A DNA stretch of 64,000 nt from Bacilli bacterium (GTDB lineage Bacteria; Bacillota_I; Bacilli_A; ML615J-28; CAG-313). Below the pieces are notes generated by a model, which was given only the letters and a program-made list of their open reading frames with translations, did not search any database and was not told the DNA's origin. Position 1 is the stretch's first letter; the number at the start of each line of letters is the position of its first letter. Positions 40,023-50,986 of this stretch are shown here, piece after piece. The DNA is taken from contig JAFVWY010000018.1 in NCBI GenBank assembly GCA_017501465.1, positions 77,829-141,828 on the forward strand, read 5' to 3'. Position numbers and translations under genes: made by a program.

Positions 40023-42632
40023 ATGGTTAGAATAGAGAATTTATATAAAATATACAAGACAAGAAACAAAGAAAAATGCACTGCAGTAAACGATATATCA
40101 CTTAATTTAGAAGATCAAGGGTTTGTCTTTATTATTGGTAAAAGCGGTAGTGGTAAAACAACCCTTTTAAGTTTAATTGGTGGATTAGAAAGCATTACTA
40201 GTGGGGACATTATTGTTAATGGAATAGCTTTTTCTAAATTTAAATATAATGATTTTATTGATTATAGAAATCAAATGATTGGATATATCTTTCAAGATTT
40301 TCATTTAATTGATGAACTAACAGTTGAAGAAAATATTGCATTATCATTAGATTTACAAAACATTATATATACAAATGAAATTGAAGAAGCCCTAAAAAGT
40401 GTTGATTTAGAAGGATATGGCAAAAGATATCCTAAAGAATTATCTGGTGGGGAAAAACAAAGAGTTGCAGTCGCAAGAGCTTTGGTAAAAAATCCACGAA
40501 TTATTTTAGCAGATGAACCAACCGGAAACTTAGATAGTAAAACTACTACTCAAATATTAAATTTATTAAAAGAATTATCTAAGGAAAGATTGGTTTTGAT
40601 TGTTTCTCATAATTTAACAGATGCAAGAAATTATGCTGATAGAATTATTGAATTATCTAATGGTAAAATAATTAATGACTATATCAGAAATGAAGAATAT
40701 TGTTATGATTGTAAGATTGAAAACAATAACTTAATACTTCCAATCAATAAAAAAATTACTGAAGATGAAATACAAGTTATTAATAAAGAATTAGCAAATG
40801 GAAATATTAAAACTATTGAACAAACAGAAAATGTATTTATTAAAAATGATAGAACATATTCCGAGTCATTAATTGATTACAAGTTAAAGTCAAATAAATA
40901 TAATTTCAAAAAATTATGGAATTTAACATATACTTTTATCAGAAAAGACTTTGTTAAATTATCCATTTATTCTTTCGTTGTGGCAGCATTAATTATTATT
41001 TTAGGTTTAGCTCAATTAATTGTTAACTTCAATCCAACTGAAGTAATTCAAAACGAACTTGATGAAATGAATCAAACTGTTCTTTCAATTAATAAAATAA
41101 CACCAACTGTTGAATCTATAATTGCATTTGATGAAACAAGAATAATTGATATAACACAAAATGATATTGAAAAATTTAAGGGTGATGGTTATCATATTTA
41201 TGAATTGGTTAATTTAGTTTTAGATTATGGTCCAAACAGTAGTTTATCTCATTATCACAAATATGGCAGTATTAACCCTAAAGCTCCATATTATTCAGGA
41301 ACAAGAGGAACATTAATTACTGATGAAAGTTATGTCGAAAAAATATTTGATGGTCTTGAATATATATGTACAGCTAGTGAAATTAAAGACTATGGTATAT
41401 ATATTACTGACTATTCAGCAGATGCTATGATTTTGTATAAAACTGGCAACTTTAATGACTATGAATCTATTCTTGGTAATCATAAGAGTATGGCTGTTAG
41501 TCAATATGCTTATGTTAATGGTATCATAAAAACTGGTTATAAGGATAAATATGGAAGTATTGTTGAAAAGTTAAGTGATATTAATACATCACAAGATGAT
41601 ATTCAAGAATTAATGAAATCGAAAGAATACTTGGCTTTTTATGATGATGTAATTCAATCATATTCTATTAGCTATACTTTTAATAAAAATTTTAAAGATG
41701 ATTTCGTAGAGTCATTATCAAGAACTTGGTGTCCTGCTGGTAATTCCACTTTAACATATAATGGAATACCAAGAGAAATCGATTATAGAACATGGTTCCA
41801 ATTACATTCTCAAGAAAAGAAATTTCAATTAAAAGATAATGAAATAGTATTACATTATACAAGATATAATGAAATCTTTGGAACTAACTATAATTCAACA
41901 AATCTAAATCAATTTGTTCCTCACACTGCAACTTACAAGTATTATCAATATTATGATGAGTTAAGAACTAATGTGGTAGTAGAATTTGATGTTAATATTG
42001 TTGCTATATCTAATGTTAGAAATTATGCATCAGATGATGTCATGAAAAAATTATTACACGCTACTACTTTTACATCCTCTTTATACTTTAGTAGTATGCC
42101 AACAGACACCAATATTTTTGATCAAGTTTTTGATGAAGGATTTGAACCAAACAGTGTTGTTGCTCAGTCTTTATCTACAATGACTAAAGCTGTTAATATT
42201 TTTAGTGAATTCTTTTCTATTATTTTTATTGGGTTATGTATGTGTATATTCATTATCTTAGTAAATTATGGTATTAAGGCAATTAAAGAAAGAAAATATG
42301 AAATAGGTATTTTAAAAGCTTTGGGTATTAAAGATATTCATTTATTGTTTATCTTTGGTATGCAGATATTATTATTAATTTTATTAGTGATTATTTTATA
42401 TTACTTAGGATCTGTTGTATTTATTGGACTTTCTAATGATATTTTAGTTTCTTCATTATTAGAACTAGCTCCTAATCATTTCTTAATGGATATTGATGTT
42501 TTATATCTAAGAGTTCCATTTATGTTAAGAAATACAGTATTAGTTGTTGCGATTGTGTTAATATCTTTCATTATTCCACTTGCTGAATTAAAGGCTTTAA
42601 AGCCTACAAATATTATTAAAGCTAAGGAATAA
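40023..42632 (+). CDS. ABC transporter, NBD fused to an FtsX/MacB-type permease (869 aa)
   Basis: N-terminal NBD (Walker A GKSGSGKTT, signature LSGGEKQRVAVARAL, Walker B ILADEPTGNLD). Then a TM helix, a large extracytoplasmic domain and a C-terminal FtsX-like 3-helix bundle. Confidence 0.85.
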   Translation: MVRIENLYKIYKTRNKEKCTAVNDISLNLEDQGFVFIIGKSGSGKTTLLSLIGGLESITSGDIIVNGIAFSKFKYNDFIDYRNQMIGYIFQDFHLIDELTVEENIALSLDLQNIIYTNEIEEALKSVDLEGYGKRYPKELSGGEKQRVAVARALVKNPRIILADEPTGNLDSKTTTQILNLLKELSKERLVLIVSHNLTDARNYADRIIELSNGKIINDYIRNEEYCYDCKIENNNLILPINKKITEDEIQVINKELANGNIKTIEQTENVFIKNDRTYSESLIDYKLKSNKYNFKKLWNLTYTFIRKDFVKLSIYSFVVAALIIILGLAQLIVNFNPTEVIQNELDEMNQTVLSINKITPTVESIIAFDETRIIDITQNDIEKFKGDGYHIYELVNLVLDYGPNSSLSHYHKYGSINPKAPYYSGTRGTLITDESYVEKIFDGLEYICTASEIKDYGIYITDYSADAMILYKTGNFNDYESILGNHKSMAVSQYAYVNGIIKTGYKDKYGSIVEKLSDINTSQDDIQELMKSKEYLAFYDDVIQSYSISYTFNKNFKDDFVESLSRTWCPAGNSTLTYNGIPREIDYRTWFQLHSQEKKFQLKDNEIVLHYTRYNEIFGTNYNSTNLNQFVPHTATYKYYQYYDELRTNVVVEFDVNIVAISNVRNYASDDVMKKLLHATTFTSSLYFSSMPTDTNIFDQVFDEGFEPNSVVAQSLSTMTKAVNIFSEFFSIIFIGLCMCIFIILVNYGIKAIKERKYEIGILKALGIKDIHLLFIFGMQILLLILLVIILYYLGSVVFIGLSNDILVSSLLELAPNHFLMDIDVLYLRVPFMLRNTVLVVAIVLISFIIPLAELKALKPTNIIKAKE

Positions 42633-42655
42633 TATATAAATTTAATCAATAAAGA

Positions 42656-42686
42656 AAAGATGCAATTTTCTATTTGCATCTTTTTT
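42656..42686 (+). terminator. Rho-independent terminator
   Basis: aagatgcaa-ttttctat-ttgcatctttttt. Confidence 0.8.
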
Positions 42687-42706
42687 AAAATTTTTTTCTT
42701 CATTAT

Positions 42707-42735
42707 TTGAAATAAAATTTCAATCATGGTATAAT
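42707..42735 (+). promoter_or_regulatory. Near-consensus sigma-A promoter for pckA
   Basis: TTGAAA, a 17-nt spacer, then TGgTATAAT. Confidence 0.7.
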
Positions 42736-42828
42736 ATATTGGGAAAATAAGGTTATAAATAGAATTTTAAGTACAAATTATGCTTAATTCCTAAAAAAGT
42801 AATTAAATAGAAAGAGGTATTTAACATT

Positions 42829-44433
42829 ATGAAAACAATTGATTTAAGTAAATACGGTATCGTTGGCGCTACTGATATTATTTACAACCCTTCTTATGAA
42901 CAATTATTCGAAGCCGAAACTGATCCAACACTTGAAGGTTATGAAAAAGGTCAAGTTACTGAACTTGGTGCAGTTAATGTAATGACTGGTGTTTACACAG
43001 GACGTTCGCCTAAGGATAAATTCATTGTTATGGATGAAAACTCAAAAGATACAGTTTGGTGGACATCAGATGAATTTAAAAATGACAATCATCCATGTAG
43101 TGAAGAAACTTGGAAAGAATTAAAGAAAATTGCTGTTAATCAATTATCTAACAAAAAATTATACGTTGTTGATGTATTCTGTGGTGCTAATAAAGACACT
43201 AGAATGGCTATTAGATTTATCATGGAAGTTGCATGGCAAGCTCACTTTGTTAAAAATATGTTTATTAACCCAACTGAAGAAGAATTAGCAAACTTTGAAC
43301 CTGATTTCGTATGTTATAATGCTTCTAAAGCAAAAGTTACTAACTATAAAGAATTAGGTTTAAACTCTGAAACTGCAGCAGTGTTTAATATTACTTCACG
43401 TGAACAAGTTATTTTAAATACTTGGTATGGTGGAGAAATGAAAAAAGGTATGTTCTCAATGATGAACTACTACTTACCATTAAAAGGTATGGCTTCAATG
43501 CATTGTAGTGCAAATACTGATATGAATGGTGAAAATACTGCTTTATTCTTTGGTTTATCAGGTACTGGTAAAACTACTTTATCAACAGACCCTAAACGTT
43601 TATTAATCGGTGATGATGAACATGGATGGGATGATAAAGGTGTATTTAACTTTGAAGGCGGATGCTACGCTAAAGTAATTAACCTTGATAAAGATTCTGA
43701 ACCAGACATCTATAGAGCAATTAAACGTAATGCATTATTAGAAAACGTTACAGTTAGTGAAGAAGGAAAAATAGATTTTGCTGATGCTTCAGTTACTGAA
43801 AATACACGTGTATCTTATCCAATTCAACACATTGAAAAGATTGTACGCCCAGTTTCTGCTGCTCCTGCTGCTAAGAATGTTATCTTCTTATCAGCTGATG
43901 CATTTGGAGTACTTCCTCCAGTTTCAATCTTAACTCCAGAACAAGCTCAATACTATTTCTTATCAGGTTTCACTTCAAAACTTGCTGGTACTGAACGTGG
44001 TATCACTGAACCAACTCCAACTTTCTCTGCATGCTTCGGTCAAGCATTCTTAGAATTACATCCAACTAAATATGCTGAAGAATTAGTTAAGAAAATGGAA
44101 GCAAGTGGTGCAAAAGCTTATCTTGTTAATACTGGTTGGAATGGTACTGGTAAACGTATCTCTATTAAAGATACAAGAGGAATTATTGATGCTATTTTAG
44201 ATGGCTCAATCTTAAAAGCTGAAACTAAAGTTATTCCTTATTTCAATTTAGCAGTTCCAACAGCACTTCCTGGTGTTGCAACTAACATCTTAGATCCTCG
44301 TGATACTTATCAAGATGCAGCTGAATGGGATAGAAAAGCTCAAGATTTAGCAGGACGTTTCGTTAAGAACTTTGCTAAATATACTGGCAATGTTGCTGGT
44401 AAAGCTTTAGTTAAAGCTGGTCCACAACTATAA
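42829..44433 (+). CDS. pckA: Phosphoenolpyruvate carboxykinase (ATP)
   Basis: Kinase-1a '[11 protein letters not shown]', 'IGDDEHGW', and the N-terminal '[12 protein letters not shown]' typical of the ATP-dependent PEPCK. 534 aa. Confidence 0.92.
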   Translation: MKTIDLSKYGIVGATDIIYNPSYEQLFEAETDPTLEGYEKGQVTELGAVNVMTGVYTGRSPKDKFIVMDENSKDTVWWTSDEFKNDNHPCSEETWKELKKIAVNQLSNKKLYVVDVFCGANKDTRMAIRFIMEVAWQAHFVKNMFINPTEEELANFEPDFVCYNASKAKVTNYKELGLNSETAAVFNITSREQVILNTWYGGEMKKGMFSMMNYYLPLKGMASMHCSANTDMNGENTALFFGLSGTGKTTLSTDPKRLLIGDDEHGWDDKGVFNFEGGCYAKVINLDKDSEPDIYRAIKRNALLENVTVSEEGKIDFADASVTENTRVSYPIQHIEKIVRPVSAAPAAKNVIFLSADAFGVLPPVSILTPEQAQYYFLSGFTSKLAGTERGITEPTPTFSACFGQAFLELHPTKYAEELVKKMEASGAKAYLVNTGWNGTGKRISIKDTRGIIDAILDGSILKAETKVIPYFNLAVPTALPGVATNILDPRDTYQDAAEWDRKAQDLAGRFVKNFAKYTGNVAGKALVKAGPQL

Positions 44434-44440
44434 TAAAAAA

Positions 44441-44469
44441 ACTAACAAGACCTTATGGTCTTGTTTTTT
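44441..44469 (+). terminator. Rho-independent terminator after pckA
   Basis: aacaagacc-ttat-ggtcttgtttttt. Confidence 0.85.
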
Positions 44470-44516
44470 AATTGTTATATAAATATATATATGTTATAAT
44501 ACTATCGGTGATTATT

Positions 44517-45782
44517 ATGAATAAATTTTTAATTAAAACAATGACAACTATTTTAACTAGAAGTTTTAAGCCTTTTATTTTTACATCTAAATATCATAAA
44601 GTAATTGATTATGATAATGAAGTAAATTTAGGATTATATGTTCATATTCCATTTTGTGAGAAACTTTGTAGTTTTTGTCCTTATTGTAAAATGAAATATA
44701 ACAAAGATTCTGCCGAAAAATATATTAATGCGTTATTAAAAGAAATTGATTTAGTAACTTGCAATCATGCAAAAAAAGAAGTTACTAGCCTTTATTTTGG
44801 TGGAGGTACACCAACTCTTTGTGTTGAATATTTAGAAAGTATTATTAATAAATTAAAAGAGCATTTTATTATCTTAGGTGATATAGGCGTTGAACTACAC
44901 CCTAGAGATGTTAGTATTGAACTTCTTACAAAATTAAAAAGTATTGGCTTTACAATGATTAGTATTGGTATCCAATCTTTTGATATTAATTCTTTAACTT
45001 CTCTTGGTAGAAATAAAGATGAAATTGAATCAATGCATAAAAGGGTATTTGAAAGCTTAAAAGAAGTTAAATTTAATACTGTCGATATGGATTTAATCTT
45101 TGCAATTCCTAAACAAACTAAAGAAACTTTAAAGAAAGATATTGATATTGCTTTTGCAAATGGTGCTACTCAAATATCAACTTATCCATTTATTGATTTT
45201 ACTTTTGCTAATAATGAATATAAACCAATGAATAAAAAAACCAAAAAAGAAATGCTTAATATGATCGTAGATTATACAAAAGCAAATGACTTAGAAAGAA
45301 CATCGGTTTGGACATTTGGTAAAAGAAATACTACTAAGTATTCTTCTATTACAAGAGATAATTATTTGGGATTTGGACTATCTAGTGTAAGCTTATTAAA
45401 AGATTCATTTAAGGTTAATACGTTTTCTTTAAAAGAGTATATTAACAGAGTAGAACAAAATGAATTACCAACATCTTTGACAATTGATTTTACGAGAAGA
45501 CAAAGAATGGTTTATTATTTATTTTGGAAAACTTATGGTACAAGAATTTCAAAAAAAGAGTTTTTAGATTTCTTTGGTGTTAGTTTAAAAAGAATGTATG
45601 GGGTAGAATTATTTGCTGCAAAAGTACTTGGTTATATTAAAGAAACTAAAGAAGAATATGTGCTTACTAAGAAAGGTGCATATATATATCATCTGATAGA
45701 ACAAGCATATACTACAGCATATATTGATAAGATGTGGCATATATTAAGATTAGAAGCTTTTCCGGATAAAATGAAATTATAA
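44517..45782 (+). CDS. hemW: Radical SAM family protein, HemW/HemN-like (heme chaperone / oxygen-independent coproporphyrinogen-III oxidase-like)
   Basis: CxxxCxxC 'HIPFCEKLCSFCPY' and 'LYFGGGTPT'. ATG at 44517 with GGTGA RBS. The track TTG at 44472 lies inside the promoter (TGtTATAAT at 44492-44500, preceded by a short (TA)5 tract). Confidence 0.75.
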   Translation: MNKFLIKTMTTILTRSFKPFIFTSKYHKVIDYDNEVNLGLYVHIPFCEKLCSFCPYCKMKYNKDSAEKYINALLKEIDLVTCNHAKKEVTSLYFGGGTPTLCVEYLESIINKLKEHFIILGDIGVELHPRDVSIELLTKLKSIGFTMISIGIQSFDINSLTSLGRNKDEIESMHKRVFESLKEVKFNTVDMDLIFAIPKQTKETLKKDIDIAFANGATQISTYPFIDFTFANNEYKPMNKKTKKEMLNMIVDYTKANDLERTSVWTFGKRNTTKYSSITRDNYLGFGLSSVSLLKDSFKVNTFSLKEYINRVEQNELPTSLTIDFTRRQRMVYYLFWKTYGTRISKKEFLDFFGVSLKRMYGVELFAAKVLGYIKETKEEYVLTKKGAYIYHLIEQAYTTAYIDKMWHILRLEAFPDKMKL

Positions 45783-45970
45783 GTTGAAAAAATCGCTTGT
45801 ATAATGTTTTAAAACATTACGAAATAGAAAAGGTCTTCAGACCTTTTTTATTTTTGAAAACTTAAATATTTTCAAATCACTTTATATTTTTAAATAATTA
45901 TGTTAAAATAAGTTTGTACTATGGACTATTATCGTCTATTAACAAAATTACTAAAGAAAATGGTGATTGT

Positions 45971-47965
45971 ATGAAGAAAAGCTATAAAATAATGCCTGTA
46001 TTATTGTTATTAATATCAGTATCTTTAGGTGTTATTACATATATTAGTTATGAGAAAAAACATAAAATGTATACATACTTATTAGCAGCATTAATATGTT
46101 CAGTCATCTTATTGCTATCAGAATTAATAAGCCAATATCGCTTACAAAAACATATTAAACGTGGTGATTTCTACGAAAATAGATTAAAACTTTGGAATAC
46201 AATTTCTTATCGTGTTAAAAAATCTGGTGAACATGCCTTTAATGATTTACCAATTGGCATCGTGATTCTTTCTAATAAACATGAAATTATTTGGTCAAAT
46301 GATTGTGCTAAGAAGATTTTTAATAGTCAATTAAATGATATTCCACTTTCTAATATTGCTCCAATTTTAATAGAACATATAGAACTTGAACAAGAAAATT
46401 TCGTTGTAGAAATCTATGGTAATAAATATAATGTAGAGTATGACAAAAAATATAATATTTTATATTTAAGTGATATTACAGAAATTATTAAGATCCAACA
46501 AAAATATGATAATAGAATAACAGCATTAGGTTATATTAACGTCGATAACTTAGAAAACATATTATCCGATTTTGATGTACAAGAACGTGCTGAATTCATG
46601 TATAAAATTGTTAGTGAAATTGCGACATGGGTAGAAACTTTTGGAGCATATGTTCGTGCCTATAGTGATAACTCATATTTATTAGTAATGGATAAACAAC
46701 AATTACAAATGATGATCGATAATAATTTTTCAATCTTAGATTCAATTAAAGACTTGGGCCAAGGTAAGACTTTTAAAATTAGTTTGAGTATTGGTATTGC
46801 TTGTGTTGATGATAATATTGAAGTTTTGTCAAATCTTGCTAAAGAACAATTAGAACATGCTTTAAATAGAGGTGGTGACCAAGCCTCTGTTAAAATTGAT
46901 GATAAAATTAAATTCTTTGGTGCAAAAAATGATACTGCTCAAGCTGTCACTAAAGTTACTATGAGAATGAAAGCAGAAGAACTTCAAGACTTAATGAAAA
47001 ACTCAAGTGAGGTTATGGTTGTAGGTCATAGAGGAACTGATGCGGATGCTTTTGGTGCAACACTTGCTATTTATCGAATGGCAAAAGCATTAGGGAAAAA
47101 AGCATTTATCATCTTAGATAAAAATAGTATTGATTCAACGGTAACTAGAATTTATGAATCTATTCATAAAGATTACGTTGGATTATTAGATTGTATAATT
47201 ACACCACAAATGGCTCTTGCTAGAATGACAAGTGATACTTTATTGATGGTAGTTGACTGTCAAACTGTTTCACAATTATCTGAACCAAAATTAGTTAAGA
47301 AAGCTTCAAAAATTGGGGTTGTAGACCATCATAGAAGAGGCGATGATGCAATTGATAATTTATCATTCTATTTATCATCTACAGCTGCATCTTCTAGCGT
47401 TGAGTTAATTGTTCAATTATATGAATTCTTAGAAACTGAAATTGAATTTGATAAATTAGAAGCAACATGGTTATTATTAGGTATTATCGTTGATACTAAT
47501 AACTTTGTTTATAGATGTTCTGAAAAGACATTTAAAGTTGCATCAATTCTTGCTAAGTATGGTGCAAACATGACAGGTGTTAAAAAATTCTTAAAAGAAG
47601 AAATATCTGATAAAATTGCTCGAAATGAACTTATTAATGAACTTGATCAATTCCAAGGTCATGTAGGAATTGCTAAAGGTAAAGATAGTGTTATCTTTGA
47701 ACGTTCTGCTCTTGCTAAAATTAGTGATGAAATTATTTCGGTTGTTGGAATTGATGTGGGTATCACAGTTGGTAAAATTTCTAACAACACAATTGGTTTA
47801 AGTGCGAGAAGTTTAGGTACTATAAATGTTCAAATATTAATGGAACGTTTTGGTGGTGGTGGTCACTTTAATAACGCGGCTGCACAAGTTCATAGTGATA
47901 ACATTGATGAAGTTGTAAAAACATTAAAACAATATATCGATGAATATATTGAGAAAGAGGAAAAC
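45971..47965 (+). CDS. gdpP: Cyclic-di-AMP phosphodiesterase GdpP (2 TM, PAS, degenerate GGDEF, DHH, DHHA1). It has no stop codon of its own and reads through in frame into rplI.
   Basis: TM helices. DHH motif 'VVGHRGTDADAFGA'. DHHA1 'ERFGGGGHFNNAAAQ'. ATG at 45971 (GGTGA RBS) preferred over the track start at 45914. The frame is continuous to 48412. Confidence 0.8.
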
Positions 47966-48412
47966 ATGAAAGTTATTCTTATTAAAGACGTTAAAGGTCA
48001 TGGTAAAAAAGGTGAAATTATTGACTTTAATTTAGGCTTTGCAAATCACTTAATTAGAAGTGGACAAGCAATTGCTGTTACTGATGAAAACTTAAAACGT
48101 TTAGATGAACAAAAGAAACAAGCAGAAATCGAAGAAGAAAAGAAAGTTCAAGAAATGAAAGAACTTAAGAAAATTATCGAAGAAACTCCTATTAAATTCC
48201 CTGTAAAAGTTGGTAGTGAAGGTCGTTTATTTGGTTCTATTAATACTAAACAAATTGTTGATACTTTCCAAAAAGAAACTGGTAAAGTTTTAAATAAACA
48301 AAATATTAAACTTGACAAGAATATTAATGCTTTAGGTACTTATCAAATTCCAATTGATTTATATAAAGGTATTAAAGCAAACATTACTCTATATGTAGTT
48401 GAAAAGGAGTAA
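47966..48412 (+). CDS. rplI: 50S ribosomal protein L9
   Basis: MKVILIKDVKGHGKKGEIIDFNLGFANHLIRSGQAIAVT... with own RBS GAGAAAGAGG 5 nt upstream. It is in the same frame as gdpP with no intervening stop. Confidence 0.88.
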   Translation: MKVILIKDVKGHGKKGEIIDFNLGFANHLIRSGQAIAVTDENLKRLDEQKKQAEIEEEKKVQEMKELKKIIEETPIKFPVKVGSEGRLFGSINTKQIVDTFQKETGKVLNKQNIKLDKNINALGTYQIPIDLYKGIKANITLYVVEKE

Positions 48413-48415
48413 TAT

Positions 48416-49813
48416 ATGGCAAGTTATGAAAACTTATATAATAATGTTGCTGAACGTTATGTATTAGGTAGTATTTTAATTGATGCTAATGTCATGAATG
48501 GTGTTAGTGGAACTTTAAGTGTTAATGATTTTTATAATGAAGATAACAGAAAAGTATATGAAGCAATGTTAAGTTTATTTAAGAATCAATCACCGATTGA
48601 AGTATTACTTTTAATTGATGAATTAAAAAGATTGAATTTATCTTTGACAATTGATCCTAAAGAGTTTTTATTAGGTTTGACTGATGAAGTTCCGACAACT
48701 GCAAATACTGAATTATATGTTAATTTAGTAAAAGACAAAGCAATTGAAAGAGAATTACACAGAATCTTAAATGAAATTAATAGTGATATTTTGTCTAGTA
48801 AATTAGAATTTAATAGTTTACTTGATAAAACAGAAGATAAGATTTTAGGTATTATCAAAAACAGAAGAACTAGTGAACTTTTAACTATCGACCAAGCTGC
48901 TAGAAGAGTATATAGTAAAATCGAAACTTTCTCTAAAGGAGATGGTGAAGTAAATGGGGTTGAAACTGGCTATCCAGCATTAGATAGAGCAACTCTTGGT
49001 TTTCAAAAAGGTGATTTAATTATTTTAGCTGCACGTCCTTCTGTTGGTAAGAGTGCTTTTGCTTTAAACTTAGCAGTTAACGCATGTCGAAAAAAAGTAA
49101 ATTCTGTTGCTTTCTTTAGTTTAGAAATGAGTATTGAACAATTAATGATGAGACTATTTAGTTATGAATCATCAATACCAATGTCTAAACTTCAAAAAGG
49201 TGAATTAAGTGATCAAGAAATGATTATTCTTGGTCGTAGTAGAAATTCACTTGCTAAATATAATATTTATTTTGATGAATCAAACTCAACAAATGTGTAT
49301 GACATTAGAACTAAATGTCGTCAATTAAAACAACAAGGTAACCTTGATTTAGTAATCATTGACTACTTACAATTAATTACAAGCGAAGGAAAAGGTAGCC
49401 GTCAAGAAGAAGTTGCTGCCATTTCACGTGCATTAAAAATTCTTGCAAAAGAACTTGATGTTCCAGTTATTGCTTTATCACAGTTATCACGTAACGTCGA
49501 AACTCGTGAAGATAAAACACCAGTTTTATCTGACTTACGTGAATCTGGTTCTATCGAACAAGATGCCGATATCGTAATGTTCTTACATCGACCAGAAGAT
49601 AGCAATAAGAAAGAACGTGAAGAAGAAGAAGTAGTTGAAGCTGCAAGTGTTGGCTTAGATACATCAGAAAAATTAATTGAATTAGTTATCGCTAAGAACC
49701 GTCAAGGTGCATTAAGTAATATTAAATATAACTTCTTCCCTGCTGAATGTAGATTTAGAGAAGTTAAACATATTACTCGCAAAAAACCAAATTATCATAA
49801 TATTGAAGAATAG
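48416..49813 (+). CDS. dnaB: Replicative DNA helicase (DnaB family; DnaC in Bacillus nomenclature)
   Basis: Walker A 'AARPSVGKSAFALNLA', 'LIIIDYLQLI', 465 aa, in the conserved position after rplI. Confidence 0.92.
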   Translation: MASYENLYNNVAERYVLGSILIDANVMNGVSGTLSVNDFYNEDNRKVYEAMLSLFKNQSPIEVLLLIDELKRLNLSLTIDPKEFLLGLTDEVPTTANTELYVNLVKDKAIERELHRILNEINSDILSSKLEFNSLLDKTEDKILGIIKNRRTSELLTIDQAARRVYSKIETFSKGDGEVNGVETGYPALDRATLGFQKGDLIILAARPSVGKSAFALNLAVNACRKKVNSVAFFSLEMSIEQLMMRLFSYESSIPMSKLQKGELSDQEMIILGRSRNSLAKYNIYFDESNSTNVYDIRTKCRQLKQQGNLDLVIIDYLQLITSEGKGSRQEEVAAISRALKILAKELDVPVIALSQLSRNVETREDKTPVLSDLRESGSIEQDADIVMFLHRPEDSNKKEREEEEVVEAASVGLDTSEKLIELVIAKNRQGALSNIKYNFFPAECRFREVKHITRKKPNYHNIEE

Positions 49814-49824
49814 GAGTTTTTAAA

Positions 49825-50889
49825 ATGAAAGATCGTTTAGAAGTTATTGCTAATAGATATAATCAAATAAACGAAATGTTACTAGATATTAACATTGTTA
49901 GTGATATCAAAAAACTAACTGAATTATCTAAAGAACAACGTTCTCTTGAAAAGATTGTAGTAAAATATAAAGAACTTCAAGAGTTAGAAGCTAACATTTT
50001 AGAAGCTAAAGAATTACTTCATGATTCTGATGAAGAATTAAGAAGTATGGCTGAACTTCAATTAGAAGAAGCTAAAGAAAGAATTGAAGTAGTTGAACAA
50101 GAATTAAAAATTCTTTTAATCCCTAAAGATCCTAATGATGAAAAGAACGTTATTATGGAAATTAGAGGAGCTGCTGGTGGAGACGAAGGTAACATTTTTG
50201 CTGGTGACTTATTTAGAATGTATTTTAAATATGCTGAATCAAAAGGATGGAAAATTGAAGTTGTAGATTCTCTTGCATGTGAAGCGGGTGGATATACACA
50301 AATTAGTTTCATGGTATCTGGTGATTCTGTTTATTCATATTTAAAATATGAATCTGGATCACACCGTGTTCAAAGAGTGCCAAGTACTGAATCTGCTGGT
50401 AGAATTCACACATCAACTGCCACAGTTTTAGTAATGCCTGAAGCTGATGAATTAGAAGTAAATTTAGATTTAAATGATGTTAGAATAGATACTTTCTGTG
50501 CATCAGGTCCTGGTGGACAATGTGTAAATACAACAAAGTCTGCAATTCGTGTAACACACATTCCTACTGGAATTGTGGTATCTTGTCAAGATGGTAAGAG
50601 TCAACACGAAAATAAAGCAAGTGCTTTAAAAGTATTACAAGCAAGATTATATGACTTTATGTTGCAACAAAAACAAGATGCCGAAGGTGCTGAAAGACTT
50701 GCTAAAGTTGGACATGGTGATAGAAGTGAAAAAATTCGTACTTATAACTATCCACAAAACAGAGTTACAGATCATAGAATCGGTTTTACTATCCAACAAT
50801 TAGATAGAGTTATGGAAGGAAAACTTGATCCTGTTATTGATGCTTTAATAGCAGAAGATCAAAAGAAAGCTTTAAGTGTAGAAGAATAA
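49825..50889 (+). CDS. prfA: Peptide chain release factor 1
   Basis: GGQ motif 'SGPGGQCVNTT' and the RF1-type tripeptide P-S-T in 'RVQRVPSTESAGRIHTSTATV'. Followed by prmC. Confidence 0.92.
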   Translation: MKDRLEVIANRYNQINEMLLDINIVSDIKKLTELSKEQRSLEKIVVKYKELQELEANILEAKELLHDSDEELRSMAELQLEEAKERIEVVEQELKILLIPKDPNDEKNVIMEIRGAAGGDEGNIFAGDLFRMYFKYAESKGWKIEVVDSLACEAGGYTQISFMVSGDSVYSYLKYESGSHRVQRVPSTESAGRIHTSTATVLVMPEADELEVNLDLNDVRIDTFCASGPGGQCVNTTKSAIRVTHIPTGIVVSCQDGKSQHENKASALKVLQARLYDFMLQQKQDAEGAERLAKVGHGDRSEKIRTYNYPQNRVTDHRIGFTIQQLDRVMEGKLDPVIDALIAEDQKKALSVEE

Positions 50890-50910
50890 ACCTGCAATGC
50901 AGGTTTTTTT
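50888..50910 (+). terminator. Rho-independent terminator after prfA
   Basis: aaacctgc-aat-gcaggttttttt. Confidence 0.8.
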
Positions 50911-50986
50911 CTTACGTTAATTATAGACTTGATAAAACAATTAATATGTGGTAAAATAAATATAGTATAAAAATAAGGAGTTATTT

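Noticed and set aside
44472-44516. Track start (TTG 44472) for the radical-SAM gene. Likewise 13188 for the third lipoprotein, 16059 for the fourth, 26006 for VanZ, 35296 for the bPH gene, 45914 for gdpP, and 24567 for rpsF.
   Set aside because: These upstream starts fall inside promoter -10 elements or RBSs, or precede a better ATG with a properly spaced Shine-Dalgarno sequence. I re-called the starts downstream.
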